Shown in pieces: positions 24,467 to 36,629 of a stretch of DNA of 64,000 nucleotides. This DNA comes from Spironucleus salmonicida. Its lineage: Eukaryota. A program made the position numbers and the translations under genes. Positions within the stretch are counted from its first letter, which is position 1. Each line of letters begins with the position of its first letter. The notes beneath the pieces are model-generated. The model worked only from the letters and a program-made list of their open reading frames with translations. It had not been told where the DNA came from and made no database searches. The DNA lies in NCBI RefSeq assembly GCF_000497125.1, contig NC_090596.1, positions 1,178,001 through 1,242,000 on the forward strand, given 5' to 3'.

Positions 24467-26041
24467 ATGTCCGAATCTACGTGGTTCAACGCAGCGCGCA
24501 CCGGCGACTGCAGATTTCTGCTCCAACACAAGAGTTCTCTCGCCAAATCGACGGAAATCGCGTTCCCCAACAACACTGCGCTCATGATCGCCGCGCAGAC
24601 GAACCAGGCCGCCGCAGCTAAGCTGCTGATTCAGCTGGAACGTGGCATGACGAATAAGCAAGGCTTCAGCGCGCTTCACTTTGCAGCGATGGCGGACAAC
24701 GCCCAGCTAGCGAAGTTCCTAGCGCCGTTCGAGGGTGCCCTGCGCACCAAAGCGCACTACAAGAACATTCCCCCCAACGCATCCGTCTCGTAGGTTGCAG
24801 CGCTGTGCGGCAGCTCTGATGTGCTCAAAGTCATGGCCTCGGCGGACTTCGTATTCCTGCAGCACCCCTGGGACCACAACGTGCCGTGCAGCCAGGATGA
24901 GCTAGGCTGCACGAGGCTGCACTACTTCGCTGTAAAGGGCGATTTTTCGACGTTTTCGGACCCCGAATGCGCCTTTCTGACCAAACTGGACAACCAGAAC
25001 TAGACAGCGCTCATGATAGCTGCAATGGCCGGCAATGTTGGCGCCGTGCGCGCCCTAGCAGCCTCAGAAGGCGGAATTTAAGGGGGGAAACTCCAAAACT
25101 CGGCCCTGATGCTAGCGGTCGAAGAGCAGAAAATAGAGGCCGCCGCACTACTGAAGGACAGGGAGGCGACGCTGCAGAACGCCATGGGGCTCACCGCGCT
25201 CATGCTGGCAGCAAAGGGCGGCAGCACCGAAATAGTGAATTTGTTGCGCGATTCAGAGGCCAAAATGCAGACGACGAAGCAGTTTTCGAATTTCGCGCCA
25301 GGCACGACAGCGCTCATGTTCGCGTTTTACTACAACAATTAAACATGCATAGAGGCGCTTCTGGAGGCCGAGAAGGACATCAAAAACGACAACGGGCAGA
25401 GATTCGACCAAATTGGCAGGCTCGGGAACGCCGTCGTAATGCACAGAATGACCCAGCGGCAGAGCTACCAGGAGGGCGAATTTTCGTTCAAAACGACCGC
25501 ACAGGGCGCACAAAATTCTTTTAACCCAGAAACTTTTCAGCAGGAAATCGAACACGAAATTCCTGCCAACATGCTCGTTTTGGAGCAGGATTCGGGCAAC
25601 CTCACGCAGCTCTTCCAGCTGCAGGAGACGCTCAACGACGCAAAGACGCAGATGGCCGTTTTGAAGGCGCAGTCCTCGCACAATGACGCGGAAATCGTTG
25701 AATTGCAGGAGTTCCTGAAAATGCGCCAATGCGCATTTTGCGAGGACAAGAACGAGGTTCTTAAGGGCCAGATGGACCAAATTCGCGAGATGAAGAAGGA
25801 GCATACGGCGCTTTAGCGCGAGGTGGAGTTCGTCAGGAATGGCAATCTGAACCTGTCGAATTTGAACAGGAATTAGGGCATTTTGGACATCAAAATCAGC
25901 CAGATCCAGGACATACTTTTGGCGCGCAATTCCGCCAGCGGCCAGGGCGCCGCGCAGCGCTAGCCGACGGGCCAGTTCGGAGCGATTTCGGAGCCCTTCA
26001 CGGAGGTGGCGGAGGAGCGCCTGGAGGCCGAGGGGGCCTGA
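24467..26041 (+). CDS. Ankyrin-repeat plus coiled-coil protein (Protein 21.1-like), ~524 aa (alternative ATG 24437)
   Basis: WFNAARTGD start; repeated TALMIAA/SALHFAA/TALMLAA/TALMFA motifs; coiled coil with CAFC; the four track fragments are in one frame joined by TAA/TAG. Confidence 0.9.
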
Positions 26042-26069
26042 TGTGAGGACCGGCGTTTTCCACTCCAAA

Positions 26070-26339
26070 ATGGTAGACATGCGGGGGCAGCTGCAGATCT
26101 ACTTCGTGCTGTACGGGGGCCTGGCGGTGGTCGCAGCGGTGTCGGTTCTGGCGGCGCTGCTGCTGCAGAGCGTCCAGGTGGTGCTCTACACGCACGGGCT
26201 CGGGGTGCTGCTGGTGGCGGGGCTCGTGGTGCCCGACTGGCCGCTGTGGAACCGGATGGGGCTGCGCTACGCGCCTGTTGGGAGCGCGAGGGGCCCGGAG
26301 CCCGAGATCGCGCGGCAGATGCGGGGAGCGCGCCAGTGA
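26070..26339 (+). CDS. SPCS1: SPC12/SPCS1-like, copy 2
   Basis: Same protein as 12856-13125. Confidence 0.8.
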   Translation: MVDMRGQLQIYFVLYGGLAVVAAVSVLAALLLQSVQVVLYTHGLGVLLVAGLVVPDWPLWNRMGLRYAPVGSARGPEPEIARQMRGARQ

Positions 26340-26344
26340 CGTTT

Positions 26345-27619
26345 TCACTCACTCTTCCGCGCCGCCAGGAGCGCGGCCGGGACCAGCAGCAGCGCGAACG
26401 CGAAGCCCACGTAGACCGACGCCGGGGGGCCGCACCAGGCGCGGAGGGCGGCGATGAGGCCCGCGTCCACCGCCTGGGCCGCCACGACCGCGCAGTTGAA
26501 GAACCCCGCGTAGAGCCCGCGGGAGCCGCGCGGCGCCAGCGTGCCGATCGCGACCAGGTGCACGGAGTTCAGGGCGGCGTTCAGAGGGCCTAGCAGCCCC
26601 AGGCAGAGCACCACCGCTGTCTGGGAGCGCAGCGCCGGGGCGAACACGCCGCCCAGCAGCAGGGCCTGCGCGAGCAAGGCGATCACGGCGCAGCCGACCT
26701 GCGTCCAGCTCCCGCCGACCTTGCGGAGGAGCGCCGGGATGAGCGGGGCGGACAGGACGGTTGCCGCGCTCATCGCCAGCGTGCCCTCGGTGGTGACCCG
26801 GATGGAGTGCACCGTGCCGGCGAACTGCTGCGACGGCGTGAAGGCCAGCCAGCCGAGGAAGAGCGCCAGCATAGCCCACCAGAGCCGCCGCTCCATCGCC
26901 CGCAGCTCGGACCAGAGGTGGCTTGCGGCGTTCCTCGGGGGCTCCGGGGCCGCGGTGGGCGGGTCCTCCACGAACACGAGCGCCGGGTGCGCGCTGAGCA
27001 CGGTCGCCATGCAGGCGATGGGGGCCACCACGGGGTACAGCTCGGCCCAGCGCCCGGTCTGCGCGTGGAGGTCCAGCCCCAGCATGATGAGGCCGCACGC
27101 CGCGTTCGCCAGGCCCAGCATCAGGACCTGCGCCGCCGCCCCCGCCGCCTGCAGGTGCTCCGGGAGGTTGGCCAGCACCAGCGCGCGCAGGGCCACGAAC
27201 TCCACGTTCACGGCGATGTTGAAGAGCGCGACCCCCAGCACGGCCCATGCCAGCACGAAGGTCGCATGTGGCGCGCTCCCAGGGGCGAAGAAGGCGCCCG
27301 CCACCCGACTCGCGAACCCGCACCACAGCTGCGACACCGCGGTCAGGGCGGCGCCCACGGCCAGGCAGACGCGCCGGGGCCCGTGCCGGCTGGGGGAGCG
27401 GTCCATGCAGTAGCCGGCGAGCGGCTGCGTGACGAAGGCGCACGCCTGGCCGAGGCCCTGGCAGAGCGCGGACGCCTGCGGGCTGAGGTGCAGCTCGGCG
27501 AGGTAGGGCTGGTTGAGCACGGCGTAGAGCTCGAAGCAGAAGCTGATGCCGAAGAGGGGCAGCGTGGCCGCGAGGATGCGCCAAGCCGGCCAGGACGGCG
27601 GGGGGACCGTGGGCTCCAT
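26345..27619 (-). CDS. SUT/SLC45-like MFS transporter, copy 2 of 11576-12850
   Basis: Near-identical protein (about 4 substitutions). Confidence 0.85.
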   Translation of the reverse strand: MEPTVPPPSWPAWRILAATLPLFGISFCFELYAVLNQPYLAELHLSPQASALCQGLGQACAFVTQPLAGYCMDRSPSRHGPRRVCLAVGAALTAVSQLWCGFASRVAGAFFAPGSAPHATFVLAWAVLGVALFNIAVNVEFVALRALVLANLPEHLQAAGAAAQVLMLGLANAACGLIMLGLDLHAQTGRWAELYPVVAPIACMATVLSAHPALVFVEDPPTAAPEPPRNAASHLWSELRAMERRLWWAMLALFLGWLAFTPSQQFAGTVHSIRVTTEGTLAMSAATVLSAPLIPALLRKVGGSWTQVGCAVIALLAQALLLGGVFAPALRSQTAVVLCLGLLGPLNAALNSVHLVAIGTLAPRGSRGLYAGFFNCAVVAAQAVDAGLIAALRAWCGPPASVYVGFAFALLLVPAALLAARKSE

Positions 27620-27644
27620 TTCGGAGGGGCAGTGAGAAAACAAA

Positions 27645-29084
27645 TCAGTCGAGGGGGTTGGAGGTCCTGATCTCGGGTTCTTCCTTCTGGGCGGCCACTC
27701 TATCGTCCATGCTCACCTCGCGGTCCGTGCGCTTCACGATGAGGGGGCTCACGAGCACCAGCAGGATCGAGGTCACGAAGGACACGTACAGCGAGGCCGA
27801 GTTGCCCACTAAGGCGGACACGCCCGAGATGATCGCGGAGTCCACGGCCTGGGCCACCACGATCGTGCAGTTGAAGATACCCGCGTAGAGACCCTTGGAC
27901 TTCTGGGGCGCCAGCACGCCCACGATGATGAGGTGGATCGAGTTCATGCACGCGTTCAGGAAGCCGATGATGGCCTGGCAGAAGATCTGCACGGCCATGT
28001 GGTTGACAGCTGCGCCGCCCGGGAAGGCGCCCGCGAAGAGGATGCACATCGCGAGGACGTTAGTCCCCGCCGCGAAGAACTGCATGTTGCGCTCGCCGAA
28101 TTTTTTGACGAGGCCTGCGAGGAAGGGGGAGAATATCATGACGACGACGTTCTGGGCGATGGCGCACATGTTGGTGACGTCGACGGAGAAGATCTTGCCG
28201 AGGAACTGCTGGTTGGGCGTGAAGGTGAGCCAGTCCACGAAGAGGACGATCATGGCGAAGTAGAAGATCTTGTTCATGCCGCGGAACTCGATGTAGAGCT
28301 CCTTGAACACGTTGCTGGAGGCCTTCGCCTCGACGAGCTGCGTCTCCTTGACCAGGATGAAGGCGGGGATGAAGGAGACTAGCGTCACCACGCAGGCGAT
28401 CGGGGCCATAATGGGGTATAGCTTGACCCAGGACATCACGTGGGTATTGGGGGGAACACCGGGGGTCGTGTCTATCGGGGAGGTCAGGTAGAGGACGAGC
28501 ATGATCACGTTGGAGATTGTGTTCGAGATGCCGCCCATGAGGGCCTGTCCGGAGGCGCCCTTGCCCTGGGACTCCTTGGGCACGTTGACCGCGATTAGGG
28601 AGTGGAAACTGCCCATCTCCACGTTGACCGCGATATTGAAGAGCACGATGCCCACGATGGCCCAGCCCTGGACGAAGCCGAGGTACTTGGAGCCAGCGGT
28701 GAGGTCCTCGGTGTACATGGTCGCAGCGGCCTTCTGTGCGAAGCCGCACCAGAGCTGAGAGAGGGCGGTGAGCACGCAGCCGATGGTGACGTAGAGCTTC
28801 CGGGCGCCGTACTTGCTCCGGGAGCGATCGGTGAGGTAGCCCACCACGGGTTGGACGAAGAAGCCGAACACGGGCCCGAGCACCTGCACGATGGACGAGG
28901 TGGAGGGGCCCAGGTTCAGCTGCTCGAGGTATGGCTGGTTGATGACACAGTATACGGAGAAGCAGAAGCCCACGCCGCACATGGTGAGGTTGATCATCAG
29001 GATCTTCCAGGTGGGCCAGTCGAGGTTCGGGTCGCGCTCGACCACCTCCTGAGTGACGGTGCCGTCGTAATCTGCATCGGCCAT
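27645..29084 (-). CDS. SUT/SLC45-like MFS transporter, copy 2 of 10111-11550
   Basis: 479 aa, same motifs; about 15 amino-acid differences from copy 1. Confidence 0.88.
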   Translation of the reverse strand: MADADYDGTVTQEVVERDPNLDWPTWKILMINLTMCGVGFCFSVYCVINQPYLEQLNLGPSTSSIVQVLGPVFGFFVQPVVGYLTDRSRSKYGARKLYVTIGCVLTALSQLWCGFAQKAAATMYTEDLTAGSKYLGFVQGWAIVGIVLFNIAVNVEMGSFHSLIAVNVPKESQGKGASGQALMGGISNTISNVIMLVLYLTSPIDTTPGVPPNTHVMSWVKLYPIMAPIACVVTLVSFIPAFILVKETQLVEAKASSNVFKELYIEFRGMNKIFYFAMIVLFVDWLTFTPNQQFLGKIFSVDVTNMCAIAQNVVVMIFSPFLAGLVKKFGERNMQFFAAGTNVLAMCILFAGAFPGGAAVNHMAVQIFCQAIIGFLNACMNSIHLIIVGVLAPQKSKGLYAGIFNCTIVVAQAVDSAIISGVSALVGNSASLYVSFVTSILLVLVSPLIVKRTDREVSMDDRVAAQKEEPEIRTSNPLD

Positions 29085-29292
29085 TTTATAAACTTCGGGT
29101 GTCCGGAACTCTAGTGGATTGGGTATGATATTGATTCTCGCGACGATTCACAAATGTCAGTTATTCCGATCACTCTTGCTGATTTGGTGCCAATATACTA
29201 ATATACCCAAAAGTGTTCCGCATTCTTAAACTGTCCTGTAACACTTAGCCAGCTCCGGCAATTGTCCCGTGGCCGAAAGTGTTCCCGCTCCC

Positions 29293-29646
29293 ATGACCCG
29301 CTACTGGAACCCCGCCGAGGTAGAGACGCTCCGCGGCGCCGTGCTCGCCGAGACCTCCCCGGGCGGCGTGAACTGGGAGGGGGTGGCAGGCGCGGTGGGC
29401 TCCAAGACCGCGAAGCAGTGCTCCGTGCGCTTCCACAACATCGAGAAGTTCGGGGACCGCCCCAACGCCAGGATGCAGTGGTCGCCCCTGCAGGACCACC
29501 TGCTGCTGCACATTGCCATGGCGAACGGGAACGCGTGGGCGGCTGTCGCCGGCCAGCTGGGCGTGGGGGTCAGCGTGGCCAAGAACCGCTACTACGTCCT
29601 GCAGCGCATGGCAAGGCGCGACCAGCCCGTGCTGGTTCTAGAGTGA
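29293..29646 (+). CDS. Two-repeat Myb protein, copy 2 of 9549-9902
   Basis: Inverted copy with a few substitutions. Confidence 0.9.
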   Translation: MTRYWNPAEVETLRGAVLAETSPGGVNWEGVAGAVGSKTAKQCSVRFHNIEKFGDRPNARMQWSPLQDHLLLHIAMANGNAWAAVAGQLGVGVSVAKNRYYVLQRMARRDQPVLVLE

Positions 29647-29655
29647 AGAAGTCGA

Positions 29656-30081
29656 TCACCACAGCCAGCTCAGCTCCTGGAGGGCACCGCTCTGCTCCTC
29701 CCAAAGATCCTCCGGCATGACCGGCAGCTTGCTCAAGACGCCACATTCGCCCCCGCGCCGCAGCACGTAGAAGCGGTTCTTGCACACCGACACCGACAGG
29801 CCGATGCGCTCCGCCACCAGCACCCACTTGCGCCCGGTGGCCGCGGCCTCGCGGATTACCGCGCTGTCCATCTCCGACGTCCAGACTGACTTCGTGTGGG
29901 GCTGGCCGCCGCCCACGCTGAACTTCTCGATGTTGTGGTACCGGACGTAGCACTGGCGGGCGCTCTTGGTGGTCACTACCGCGGCGATCGCCTCCCAGCG
30001 GATGCACCGGCCCGGGGTAGTCCCCCGCACCGCGCCACGCAGGAGGGCGGTCTCGTTCTCGGTCCAGGTCCTGCTCGTCAT
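29656..30081 (-). CDS. Two-repeat Myb protein, copy 2 of 9114-9539
   Basis: Inverted copy, 2 amino-acid differences seen. Confidence 0.9.
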   Translation of the reverse strand: MTSRTWTENETALLRGAVRGTTPGRCIRWEAIAAVVTTKSARQCYVRYHNIEKFSVGGGQPHTKSVWTSEMDSAVIREAAATGRKWVLVAERIGLSVSVCKNRFYVLRRGGECGVLSKLPVMPEDLWEEQSGALQELSWLW

Positions 30082-30199
30082 TCTGTGTGGCGTTAGTTAG
30101 TGGAACGGAAAAGTGACTGCATATCCGTAGTAATATCGGGTTTCCGCGGAAAGTGTTGCGGGAACACTTTCTTGTGAATCGGTAGAATTCTGCAATCTC

Positions 30200-32281
30200 T
30201 CACTGGTAGAATACGGACTCGATCCCGTCCTCGGCGACCCGGCACCCCGCCCCCGCGAACGACAGCACCGCGGGCATGGCCGCCTCCATCGCGAAGGGGA
30301 CCCTGATCTCCCGCCCCACCTGCTGCACTCGCTGCTCCTGGTCGAATCCCTCCGCCGCCCACTCGCTTCGAGCGCGGTCGTGGCGCGGGTATACTCGCCA
30401 CCCGAACCCCACCTGCCGCTGCAGCTGGCGCACGTTCCCGGAGACGAGGACCCGCCCGTGCTGCAGCACGACCACCTCGCTGCAGAGGGAGTTGATTTCC
30501 GATATCTGGTGCGTCGACATGAGCACCGTCCCACTCAGCTGGCGCAGGGCGGCAGATATGATTCTCTGGCTGTTGAGGTCGATGCCGCATGTCGGCTCGT
30601 CCAGTAGGTACAGCGCAGCGTCCTTCAGCAGCGCGATCGCCAGGTTCAGCCGGCGCTGGTACCCCCCGGACAGCTTCTCCACCTGCTTGCCCCGCTCCGT
30701 TAGCTCCAGAAGGCCCAATACCTGCGATACCCTGGCCTGACTCTGGCCCACGATGGAGTTGCAGAGGCTGACATGCTGCTGGACCGTGAGGTTCTGGAAG
30801 GTGATATTTTCCTAAAACATGATGCTGAGCCTTTCGTAGTACTCGTGGTTCTGGGTGGCCTTCTGGCGCCCGCAGCAGGAAATATTCCCGACGGAAGGCG
30901 TTACGGACCCCTGGATGGCCTTGAACAGCGTTGTCTTCCCGGCCCCGTTCTCGGCCACGAGCCCTATTATCTGCCCCTACAACGGGATGTCGAGGCTCAC
31001 GTCGTCGAGTGCCACCTTCTGGTTCCGTTTTATTTTATACGACACTGTTAGGTTATCGATGCGCAGGCTGCTGATAGATGCAGGGTCGGGCGGGTGATTT
31101 CTGATCGAACTCTGGACGGGATTCTCTCCCACGCGCACGGATCGGTCGATATATATCCCCGCAGCGAAATACAGTATCATGGATATGAGCGATATCAGGC
31201 ATATGTAGAGCAGAGATCCGTGCTGCGCGTCGTAGTTACTGAAGAACTCGATGAAGGAGAAGCTCTGCTGCTGGAGGTAGAGGTACGATATTTTGTTGTA
31301 GTAGACAACGGCGGCAGAGGAAGGGAAGAAAAACATGCAAAGGAACTGGGCTATTATTTGGTAATCGGTAGAGAACACTAGCTGGATGACCATGTAGCCA
31401 AACTGGCCTATGACGCCCGTAATTACAAATATGACCAGTATCTGAGACTGTTTAGACCCGATGCTCAGGATGAACATCGAGAACCCCACAGAAAATGCCA
31501 GCGCTGGGAATACCGACATCACAAATGCAAAGAAGGATACTGCGGGCGCAATCTTGACTTACTGTAAAAAGAACACCAGGAATCCCATCATCAGGCTGAC
31601 TAGCAGAGTTTCAGCAGCCGTTATCGAGGCCACACCGATCCAAAAGTTTTGCTTATGCATACCGAGGCAAATTAGATACTCGTATCTCCGCTTCTCCTTC
31701 AGCTTGGCCACATTCACAACTTAGAACAAAGAAAGGATGAAGAAGGAGTACGGGGCAAAGAATAGGAACGAATTGTAAAACTGAACGCTAGAGTATACAA
31801 ATTAATAATTTATTGGTTTATGAAAATTAAGAAAATATTATAACAGATATAGTGATACTGAGTCTACCATATCTTAGTCAGGGATTGGAATTTAATCAAC
31901 TGTATTAATAGATACAACAAAGTTTTGTATAGATATCGAAGCAAGTATGTTATTACTATTCTACGAAATATATAAATTCATATCTTCTAAATTGTTAAAA
32001 TATACAGCTTGAAGATTTAATTAATTTTCTTCATTAAGCGACATCAAAGTATTTTCAATAGCTTCTATTTGCTTTTGTTGAACATTAAATGCTATTTATT
32101 AATTTTTATATTGCTTTAAGATAACTGGCATTTTAAAATTTTTAATTTCTGAATTTATAGGTCTATTATATGAAAATATGGCAGAGATCATTGGTATTGA
32201 TATGCACAAAACTATTGTGAATAAATACATGACCAAACTAGACTTTTTAGAATAAATTTAAAATAATATACCACTCTTCAT
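30200..32281 (-). CDS. ABCA-like half transporter (TMD plus NBD), full length, 693 aa
   Basis: ATG 32281 (MKSGILFQIYSKKSSLVMYLFTIVLCISIPMISAIF) open into the repeat arm; KLKEKRRYEYLICLG..FW ABCA-type motif; Walker A AENGAGKTT, LSGG, LLDEPT. Confidence 0.85.
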
Positions 32282-32362
32282 TTTTATTAAATTAAATATT
32301 ATTCACTGCATATCAATTTAATAATAAAAATTATACTAACAAAGTAAATCCTATTTAATCTC

Positions 32363-34243
32363 TCACTCATATTCTGTTGCACTAATCACGGTTACGTTAT
32401 CCATCATCCAAGCTACCCACTGACTGAGAACTTTTCCACCATCTAAAGTCTAACTATCACCAACGACAATTAGTTACTATTTGGCTCTAGTCATGCTCAC
32501 GTTCAGTCGCTTGTAGTCTTCTAAAAACCCTACTTATTAGTCTTCGTTACTTCGGGTCATGCTCATAACGATGACATCTTTTTCACGTCCTTAAAATCCA
32601 TCAATTGTGTGGATTTCCACCTACGAATCTTCCAATTTTTCACGAAGAAGTGCAACCTATGCAGAATATGGGGCAATTACCCCAATATCCTCAAATCGCG
32701 TTTTTTGAAGCAGCAAGTTGACGATTTTGGCCACTAGCTCGCCTTCTAGCGTGTTCTTGAGAGAGCCGCCCCGGACCCCCTCACCCCTCTCCTCGAAATA
32801 ATCGCACCCCGCGGTGTCAACAAATACGATACTCACGTCGTCGATAACCTGATTCTGCACTGCTTTTTCGCCCCCGCTCCGCAGCTTATTCTCGTAAAAC
32901 TACAAGCTCGGAAACTCGCAAATCAGCGAGCCAAATCGGTATGAAATATCCAGCAAGACGAAGTCAAAGTCCTTCTGGGTCATTTTGCAGAGGCGCCGCA
33001 GCGCCGATACGGCGAAGCGCGTGAGCCGCTTCGCGTTATCGTCGAGGATCGTTGCAGAGAGCTGTCGGGGGTCCCCGCAGAGAACTAGGCCCCCGTGACA
33101 CGCCACAACGGCGGCAGCCAGCCCCGCATCCAGGGCTTGGCCGGCCTCGTCCACAACGACCAAATCGAACGTCTCACGCAGCGTAGCAGCGGTGCTGAGC
33201 GTGCAGGCGACGATCTTCTGGGCGTCGAAAACCTCGTTTTTGAATGACTTCATGGCCTGATTTAGCGTCTTCAGTGCCTGCCGAAGCGCGTTCCGCGAAG
33301 TGATATAATCTGCCCTTTCGCCAGTTTTCGCCTGGCTTTTCTGGGCCTTCTGGAGCTGCTTTTGGCACTCCGCGACGTCCTTTCGCATCTCCTTGAGCTC
33401 GACTTTTTTCGTCGCGAGGATGACGTTTTCGAGCAAAAAATGCTCGGTTTCGGGCGTCGCGCGCGCCACGGACCCGAGGCGCAGCCCCCGCGTGCGCACG
33501 AGCAGGTTGTCCACCGCCGTGTTCGAGGCGGCCGTGATCAAAATGCGGTGGCCTGGATGCAAATTCCGGTACATTTCAATGCCCGCGGCAAGCGTGGTCG
33601 TTTTCCCGGTCCCCGGGGGGCCTTATATCACTAATAACTGCTTATGGCCGATTTGTGCGATTTTAGAGGCCGCTGCCGTTTACGAGGCGTTGAGAGACGG
33701 AAAATCGAGCAGTTTGGTGCTGATTTGCTGGAAAAACGGGTGCAGTGTGAAAATCGAAGCATGTGGGTTTTGGTCGCTTAGCTGCTTCAGCGACGTCATG
33801 TTGCGCTTCGAGGTGACCTCTGAGCCCGCCTTCGTGAGAACGAAGTGCTGGGAGTCGTTAAAATCTGCAAAATCCTGCTCCGGGAGCACTTTTACGGTCA
33901 ATTTGTTTACTGAGAGGATCGTTCCGCGCGTCAGAAGGACGAGTTTTGAGCTAAAAATGAAAACTAAATCGCGGGACCGAAAAGTGCAAACTTAGTTCAA
34001 ATCGAAGGTGACAGCTGACGTTTTTCCTTCAATATCTGGGGATATTTGAGATATGACTAGATTTTTAAGCGCTTTCCCAGAGGACAGTAGTACGTTTAGC
34101 GGATATGTTGGATGTAAATTGATTTATGGATAATTCTGGTTTGGGGATATAAAACCTACAGGAAGAGGTGTTTATAAGATTTCGGCGTTACGCTCTAAAT
34201 CGATACCAAGCTCGTTGTCCTCAAAGAATTCTTTGCTAAGCAT
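32363..34243 (-). CDS. IGHMBP2: Upf1-like SF1 helicase, IGHMBP2/Hcs1 type, 626 aa
   Basis: IDLERNAE N-terminus, IQGPPGTGKTT, ASNTAVDNL, VDEAGQ, GDPRQL, IGVIAPYSAQV, TIDGFQGREKD, RLNVSMTRAK. Confidence 0.88.
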
Positions 34244-34315
34244 TAATTAAAACGAAAAAGTAATTTATAAATTATTATATATGTATATTAATTATTAATT
34301 CATTTCTTATTGCGC

Positions 34316-34708
34316 ATGGAGCAAAATGAGGATACTACACGATTTGAATAAATTTTTAAGCTAATGGACACTGAAAACAAAAATGAAGTGTCAAAAGAGT
34401 CGCTAGAGGTCCTCTGCACTTCAATTGGTCTTGATATTACGCTAGTATAGGACATAACCACCATCGACCTTTAAGGGTTCGCAAATCTTTTTGCAACATT
34501 CTCATTACACCAACCTACATACGACAATGAATTCAAAATTTTAGCAAACGGCGAAGGGAAAATTGACATGAAAAATTTAGTTGAAGCGGTGACCCGGATA
34601 GGGATGGTGCCACGTGAGGAGGTCGTGCAAATGATTGGACACTTGAAAATCGATATGAACCAAGAGATAGAAAGCTAGAAGTTTATCAGGGAAGAACTCA
34701 AAAAGTGA
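34316..34708 (+). CDS. Divergent calmodulin/centrin-like EF-hand protein, 130 aa
   Basis: FEQIFKLMDTENKNEVSKESL and FKILANGEGKIDMKNL resemble EF hands 1 and 3; ends AAG-TGA. Confidence 0.65.
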
Positions 34709-35072
34709 CCTTTTGTTATTTTTGCTTCTCACGTCTTTTGCAAGACAGGTAAGTAGAGATAATCTCATGTTCAAAGTCAGACGACTCCAAAGGCCTTGTA
34801 ACTTTAAATCCATATCTAGACTTTACTGGCCTCTTTTTGTAGAAAAACATGATAGCATCTCGACTTAATTCGTATAAATGAGTGAAATCTGGTACTTCTG
34901 CTAAGTTTACAACATAAAAAATTGCATAATTTCTTAATGGGATTTGTGCTGTTTAAAAATTTTTATAAAGAGAAGACTATTAGTAATCTCTTGTAAATAG
35001 AATAAGAACTAATCGTTATTTTTCATGAATAATTGCAGAATCTGTTGCAAATGCTGAGTTGAGATAATTCAT
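34698..35072 (-). CDS. TXNL4A: Dim1/Dib1 (U5 snRNP 15 kDa thioredoxin-like protein), 124 aa
   Basis: DSAIIHEKQRLVLILF...NYAIFYVVNLAEVPDFTHLYEL...IMFFYKKR matches the Dim1 pattern DQAILSEEDRVVVIRF...NFAVIYLVDITEVPDFNKMYEL...VMFFFRNK. Confidence 0.85.
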
Positions 35073-35154
35073 TAAACCTATTAAATAGAATAATATATAA
35101 TTTATTAAATTCGTGTGTTAAAAGTACAATAATATTATCTAATTATTATATCGA

Positions 35155-35625
35155 ATGGTAACATTTGCGATAATGCGCCGTATACTAAAAGCAAAAAAAC
35201 TGTATGAAATTGACATTATTCCATAGTTTGAAAAGCAGAATAAATAATATCTTTAATATAAATCTTTTAACAATTAGAAAATAAATCATTCTATTCCATC
35301 TTACAAGTTTCATGAAAATGAAGAGGATTTAACTGTTGTTTACCCTAATAACGAAAAAACTGTTCAATATTTTGAAAGTGAGAAGTAGAAACTTTTGAAA
35401 TAATAATCTGAAGATATTTATCGAGAGTAATTACGGAAACTTGATGAATAATTTGTTCATAGGGTATAATACAACTTAAAGCTATCTAAGGAAACTTTTA
35501 GTAGAAATTAAATATTTTATCAGTCATTACGAATAAATAGATTTGTTGAGAAATAAAACCCATTAAAGGGTTGCATTTAGTTTAAAATAATTGAGGATTC
35601 AGTGTAAAAAATGGAAGAATAGTGA
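35155..35625 (+). CDS. Hypothetical protein, 156 aa
   Basis: ATG to TAG-TGA, open under TAA/TAG=Gln, fills the gap between neighbours; no recognisable motif. Confidence 0.55.
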
Positions 35626-35639
35626 ATAATAAATTAAGT

Positions 35640-36629
35640 TCACATAAATGGATCATATGGTGCAGCTGATGCTGTATCTGTATCAGTTTTAATATCTTCA
35701 TTTGAAAATTAAGTAGACACTACAACTTCTTCTGCTTCAACAATATTCTCTTCTGCATCTTCTTAGTTAACTGATTCTTCATATATTACTTCTTACGATT
35801 AAATATTCTCCACTATATCTGCATCTTATATTATCTATTCTTACTCTTAAGCATCCTCAATAATATATTCTTCTTACACTACTTAAACTTTCTCTTCTAT
35901 TTCGTATTCGGTTTCTTCTTGAACTAATTCTTCAAAAGGCTCTTCTAGCTAATTGGCTTCTTCACTTTAAACTTATTCGATGACTTAATCCTCCTAATCT
36001 ATATCGCATGGTTAATCTGCTTCATTCTAATTAGAACTTTCAATTTATTTTTATGAAACTTCTTCATTTTAATTAGACTATTCCTAAACCAATAAAGCTT
36101 GTTACTCATACATCTCATTGCTTCCTAATGCTGGGCTAACAATATTAACAGTTTTATTATCTAAAAACGATGAAATTGCAGATAAAATCTTACTATCATT
36201 CAGAAGTTCTCCTTTGAGTCTTAACTATTGCTCATCAATATTGCTATTTTTCAATATTTCTATTATATCATAAAATATTTCTGTTTTGTCTGCAACTTTA
36301 GCTACGTCATAATTTCCTAGATTTATTTCTTCTCCAGATTCTTCATGAATATCGCTAAAATCATGTCTCAATTAGAGTTCTATATTTTAAAGTTCAGTAA
36401 TTTAAGCCTAAAATTAGTTTATATTCTCATTAGTTAGTGATATCTATCTTTTTAAATCTATAAGATCTTACGATGTTTTTGCAGCGTTACCTTCGGCACT
36501 TTCATAGTTAGATTTTAATGTTTATAGCTGAGATTTGAATTCTGATAGTTATTTCTTTAGTTGGTTGTTAGAATCCATAATATTTTGTGTTTCCTATGAT
36601 ACTTCATCCGATTTACAACAGGCAAACAT
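35640..36629 (-). CDS. Hypothetical coiled-coil protein with acidic C-terminal half and N-terminal Cys-Cys, 329 aa
   Basis: MFACCKSDEV start, heptad-like region, Glu/Gln-rich tail; ATG and TGA in frame. Confidence 0.7.

Larger units (their letters stand above)
25932..31810. repeat. Right arm of ~5.9 kb inverted duplication
   Basis: Reverse complement of 7385-13263 with scattered substitutions. Confidence 0.97.

Noticed and set aside
7385-31810. Inverted arms as transposon terminal repeats
   Set aside because: Arms carry ordinary cellular genes with fading edges; no transposase, RT or target-site duplication seen.
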